DNA of 64,000 bases, taken from NCBI GenBank assembly GCA_963730185.1, contig CAVSQW010000011.1:27291-91290 (forward strand), in the 5' to 3' direction. The DNA comes from an uncultured Gemmatimonadales bacterium. Lineage in GTDB: Bacteria; Gemmatimonadota; Gemmatimonadetes; Gemmatimonadales; GWC2-71-9. The translations under genes and the position numbers were made by a program. The notes beneath the pieces are model-generated. The model saw only the letters and a program-made list of their open reading frames with translations. It did no database searches and was not told the DNA's origin. This document shows positions 61,981-64,000 of the stretch, piece by piece (within the stretch, counting starts at the first letter, position 1; the number at the start of each line of letters is the position of its first letter).

Positions 61981-63360
61981 GCGCCCCGCCGTCCGGGCCG
62001 GAGGCGCCTCCGAGCCGGGTCGAGCGGCTGCTCGCCCGGGTGGTCGACGTCCGCGCCGACGAAGTCCGCCCGATGCTCCTGGCGGGCCTCTACTTCTTCT
62101 TTCTGCTGGCGAGCTACTTCGTGCTCCGCCCGATTCGGGACACCATGGGGGTCGCCGCCGGCGTGTCCCGGCTGCCCTTCCTGTTCGTGGGTACCCTCTC
62201 GGCCACCCTGGTATGCCAGCCCCTCTTCGCCGCGCTCGTGGCCCGGTTCCCCGCCCGCCGGTTCATCCCCTACACCTACCAGTTCTTCGCCCTGAACCTG
62301 ATCGGGTTCTGGCTGGCGTTTCACGAGTCGGGCACCAGCTTCGGGACCAGCGCGACCTTCGCCGGTGACGTCTGGCTGAGCCGGGTGTTCTTCGTCTGGA
62401 TCAGCGTCTTCAACCTGTTCGTGGTGTCGGTGTTCTGGTGCTTCATGGCCGACCTCTTCAAGAGCGAACAGGCCAAGCGACTGTTCGGCTTCATCGGCGT
62501 GGGGGGCACCTTGGGCGGAATCGTGGGCGCCGGGGTAACCGCCACGCTGGTGGAGCGGATCGGCACGGTGAACATGCTGCTGGTGTCGTTCACCCTGCTC
62601 GAGATCGCCACCCTGATCGTGATCCGGTTCCCGCGCCGGCCGGTCGTCCAGGGGCCTGAGCGGCTCGGGGCGGCTGGGGACCCGGACCCCGGAGACCATC
62701 GGCGGAGGGATCTGGGCCGGCATCACCAACTTCGTCAAGGCGCCGTATCTCCGGGGGATCGGCGCCTTCCTGATCCTCTACACGATGGGCTCGACCTTCC
62801 TCTACTTCCAGCAGGCCGACATCATCGGGCACTACCTCAGCCAGCCGGCCGCCCGGACCCGCCTTCTGGCCGAGATGGAGTTCGCCAGTCAGACGATCAC
62901 GATCCTGACCCAGATCTTCCTGACGGGTCGGGTCATCAAGACGATCGGTCTGGCGGCGACCCTCGCCCTGATGCCCGCCTTGAGCGTCTTCGGCTTTGCC
63001 GCCCTCGGCCTCAAGGGCCTCGGTCTGGTACCGGTGCTGGTGGTGTTCGTGGCCTTTAGCGTGCTCCGGAGGGGCTCCAATTTCGCCCTCACCAACCCGG
63101 CCATGGAGGTGCTCTACACGGTCGTCCGCCGGGAGGACAAGTACAAAGCCAAGAGCTTCATCGAGACCTTCGTCTACCGGGCCGGCGACCAGATCGCCGC
63201 CTGGAGCTATGCCGGGCTCGCCACCCTCGGCCTCTCCACCGCCGTGCTCGCCTGGCCCGGCGCCCTCCTCGGCGGGGTGTTCATGACGGTCGGCATCTGG
63301 CTGGGGCGGCGGCACTCCGAGCTCGCGGCCGAGGGCCCGGCGCCCGGATCCGCCGCCTGA
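61977..63360 (+). pseudogene. MFS transporter of the ADP/ATP-translocase-like (NTT/TLC-like) group, frameshifted near 62688
   Basis: YFVLRPIRD, FNLFVVSVFW, AKRLFGFI in frame 1; GGIWAGIT, STFLYFQQ, EVLYTVV..EDKYKAKSFIETFVYRAGD in frame 2. One extra C in GACCCCGGAG. Confidence 0.8.
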
Positions 63361-63386
63361 GTCGGGCCGGCCGCTCGCGAAACGAT

Positions 63387-63427
63387 TGTTGACAACAGAT
63401 CGTCATCTACGGTAGTTGTGTCAACTA
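63387..63427 (+). promoter_or_regulatory. Putative sigma70 promoter with palindromic operators
   Basis: TTGACA at 63389 inside TGTTG-A-CAACA; perfect TAGTTG-TGT-CAACTA at 63413-63427; GGAGG RBS downstream. Confidence 0.6.
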
Positions 63428-63459
63428 TCGTATCGAGACCCCGACTCCGGAGGTCGAGG

Positions 63460-64000
63460 ATGACGCCGCTCACGGTGCTGTGCTGGATCGGCGGGCTCCT
63501 GGCGGGTCCGCCACCCACCGCCGACACCCTGGCCCTGGCGCACGTGACCGTGCTTCCCATGAACGGGGACGGTTTGCTGCCTCACCGGACCGTCCTCGTC
63601 GCGGGCGGACGGATCGTCCGGATCGAGGCCGACTCGATCGCCCTTCCGGCCGGCGCCCGGGTGGTCGACGCCCGGGGCAAGTTCCTCCTGCCCGGGCTCG
63701 CCGACATGCATGTGCACCTGACCACCCGCGATGAGCTCCCGATGTTCGTGGGGAACGGGGTCCTCGTGGTGCGCGACCTCAACGGATCGCCGGAGACCCT
63801 GGCCTGGCGCGACTCGATCGCCACCGGGACATTGGAGGGCCCCCGCCTCTTCGTCAGCGGGCCCATGCTCGCCGGTGGCAGCATCCCGTGGCGCAACAAG
63901 GTGACCCCAACGACGGCGGCCGAGGCCGAGGCGGTCGTGCGAGCGCAGGCGAGCGCGGGGTACGACCAGATCAAGATCTACGACGGGATCTCGCGCGACG
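63460..64000 (+). CDS. Exported amidohydrolase, 3'-partial
   Basis: Not in the ORF track (runs off the window): MTPLTVLCWIGGLL..., VVDARGKFLLPGLADMHVHL, GPRLFVSGP, GYDQIKIY. Confidence 0.85.
   Translation, partial: MTPLTVLCWIGGLLAGPPPTADTLALAHVTVLPMNGDGLLPHRTVLVAGGRIVRIEADSIALPAGARVVDARGKFLLPGLADMHVHLTTRDELPMFVGNGVLVVRDLNGSPETLAWRDSIATGTLEGPRLFVSGPMLAGGSIPWRNKVTPTTAAEAEAVVRAQASAGYDQIKIYDGISRD

Overview
High-GC (roughly 70% by eye) bacterial chromosome segment. The gene repertoire (PadR plus ADOP permeases, LVIVD/DUF305 pair, PAS hybrid kinase) suggests Gemmatimonadota or a similar soil lineage; this is inference only. Housekeeping blocks are pbp1A/tyrS, an LPS/surface-glycan glycosyltransferase cluster with an MsbA-like exporter and waaF, yebC-ruvCAB, queA, maf-dtd, glmM-glmS and a cystathionine gamma-lyase/synthase. 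The best candidate for an undescribed system is a lasso-peptide (RiPP) cluster at 38125-40801 in the order B1(RRE)-B2(peptidase)-C(cyclase)-A. Its 37-aa precursor (MSKLQYTKPSVTKVGPVVVKTE|GYWTGFNMELMSLRP) is hidden inside a longer ORF call and overlaps the cyclase end. No ABC exporter or isopeptidase is adjacent. The cluster is flanked by a divergent HTH protein, a multi-TM hybrid sensor kinase and an ADOP permease, which hints at a signalling role. Other oddities are a patatin-ferredoxin fusion, a zinc-ribbon microprotein inside ruvA-ruvB, an Asn-triad ClpP, a Cys-repeat propeller lipoprotein, G-rich heptamer inverted repeats around tyrS and four single-base frameshifts (probably assembly errors). 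No rRNA, tRNA, CRISPR array or transposase was recognised.
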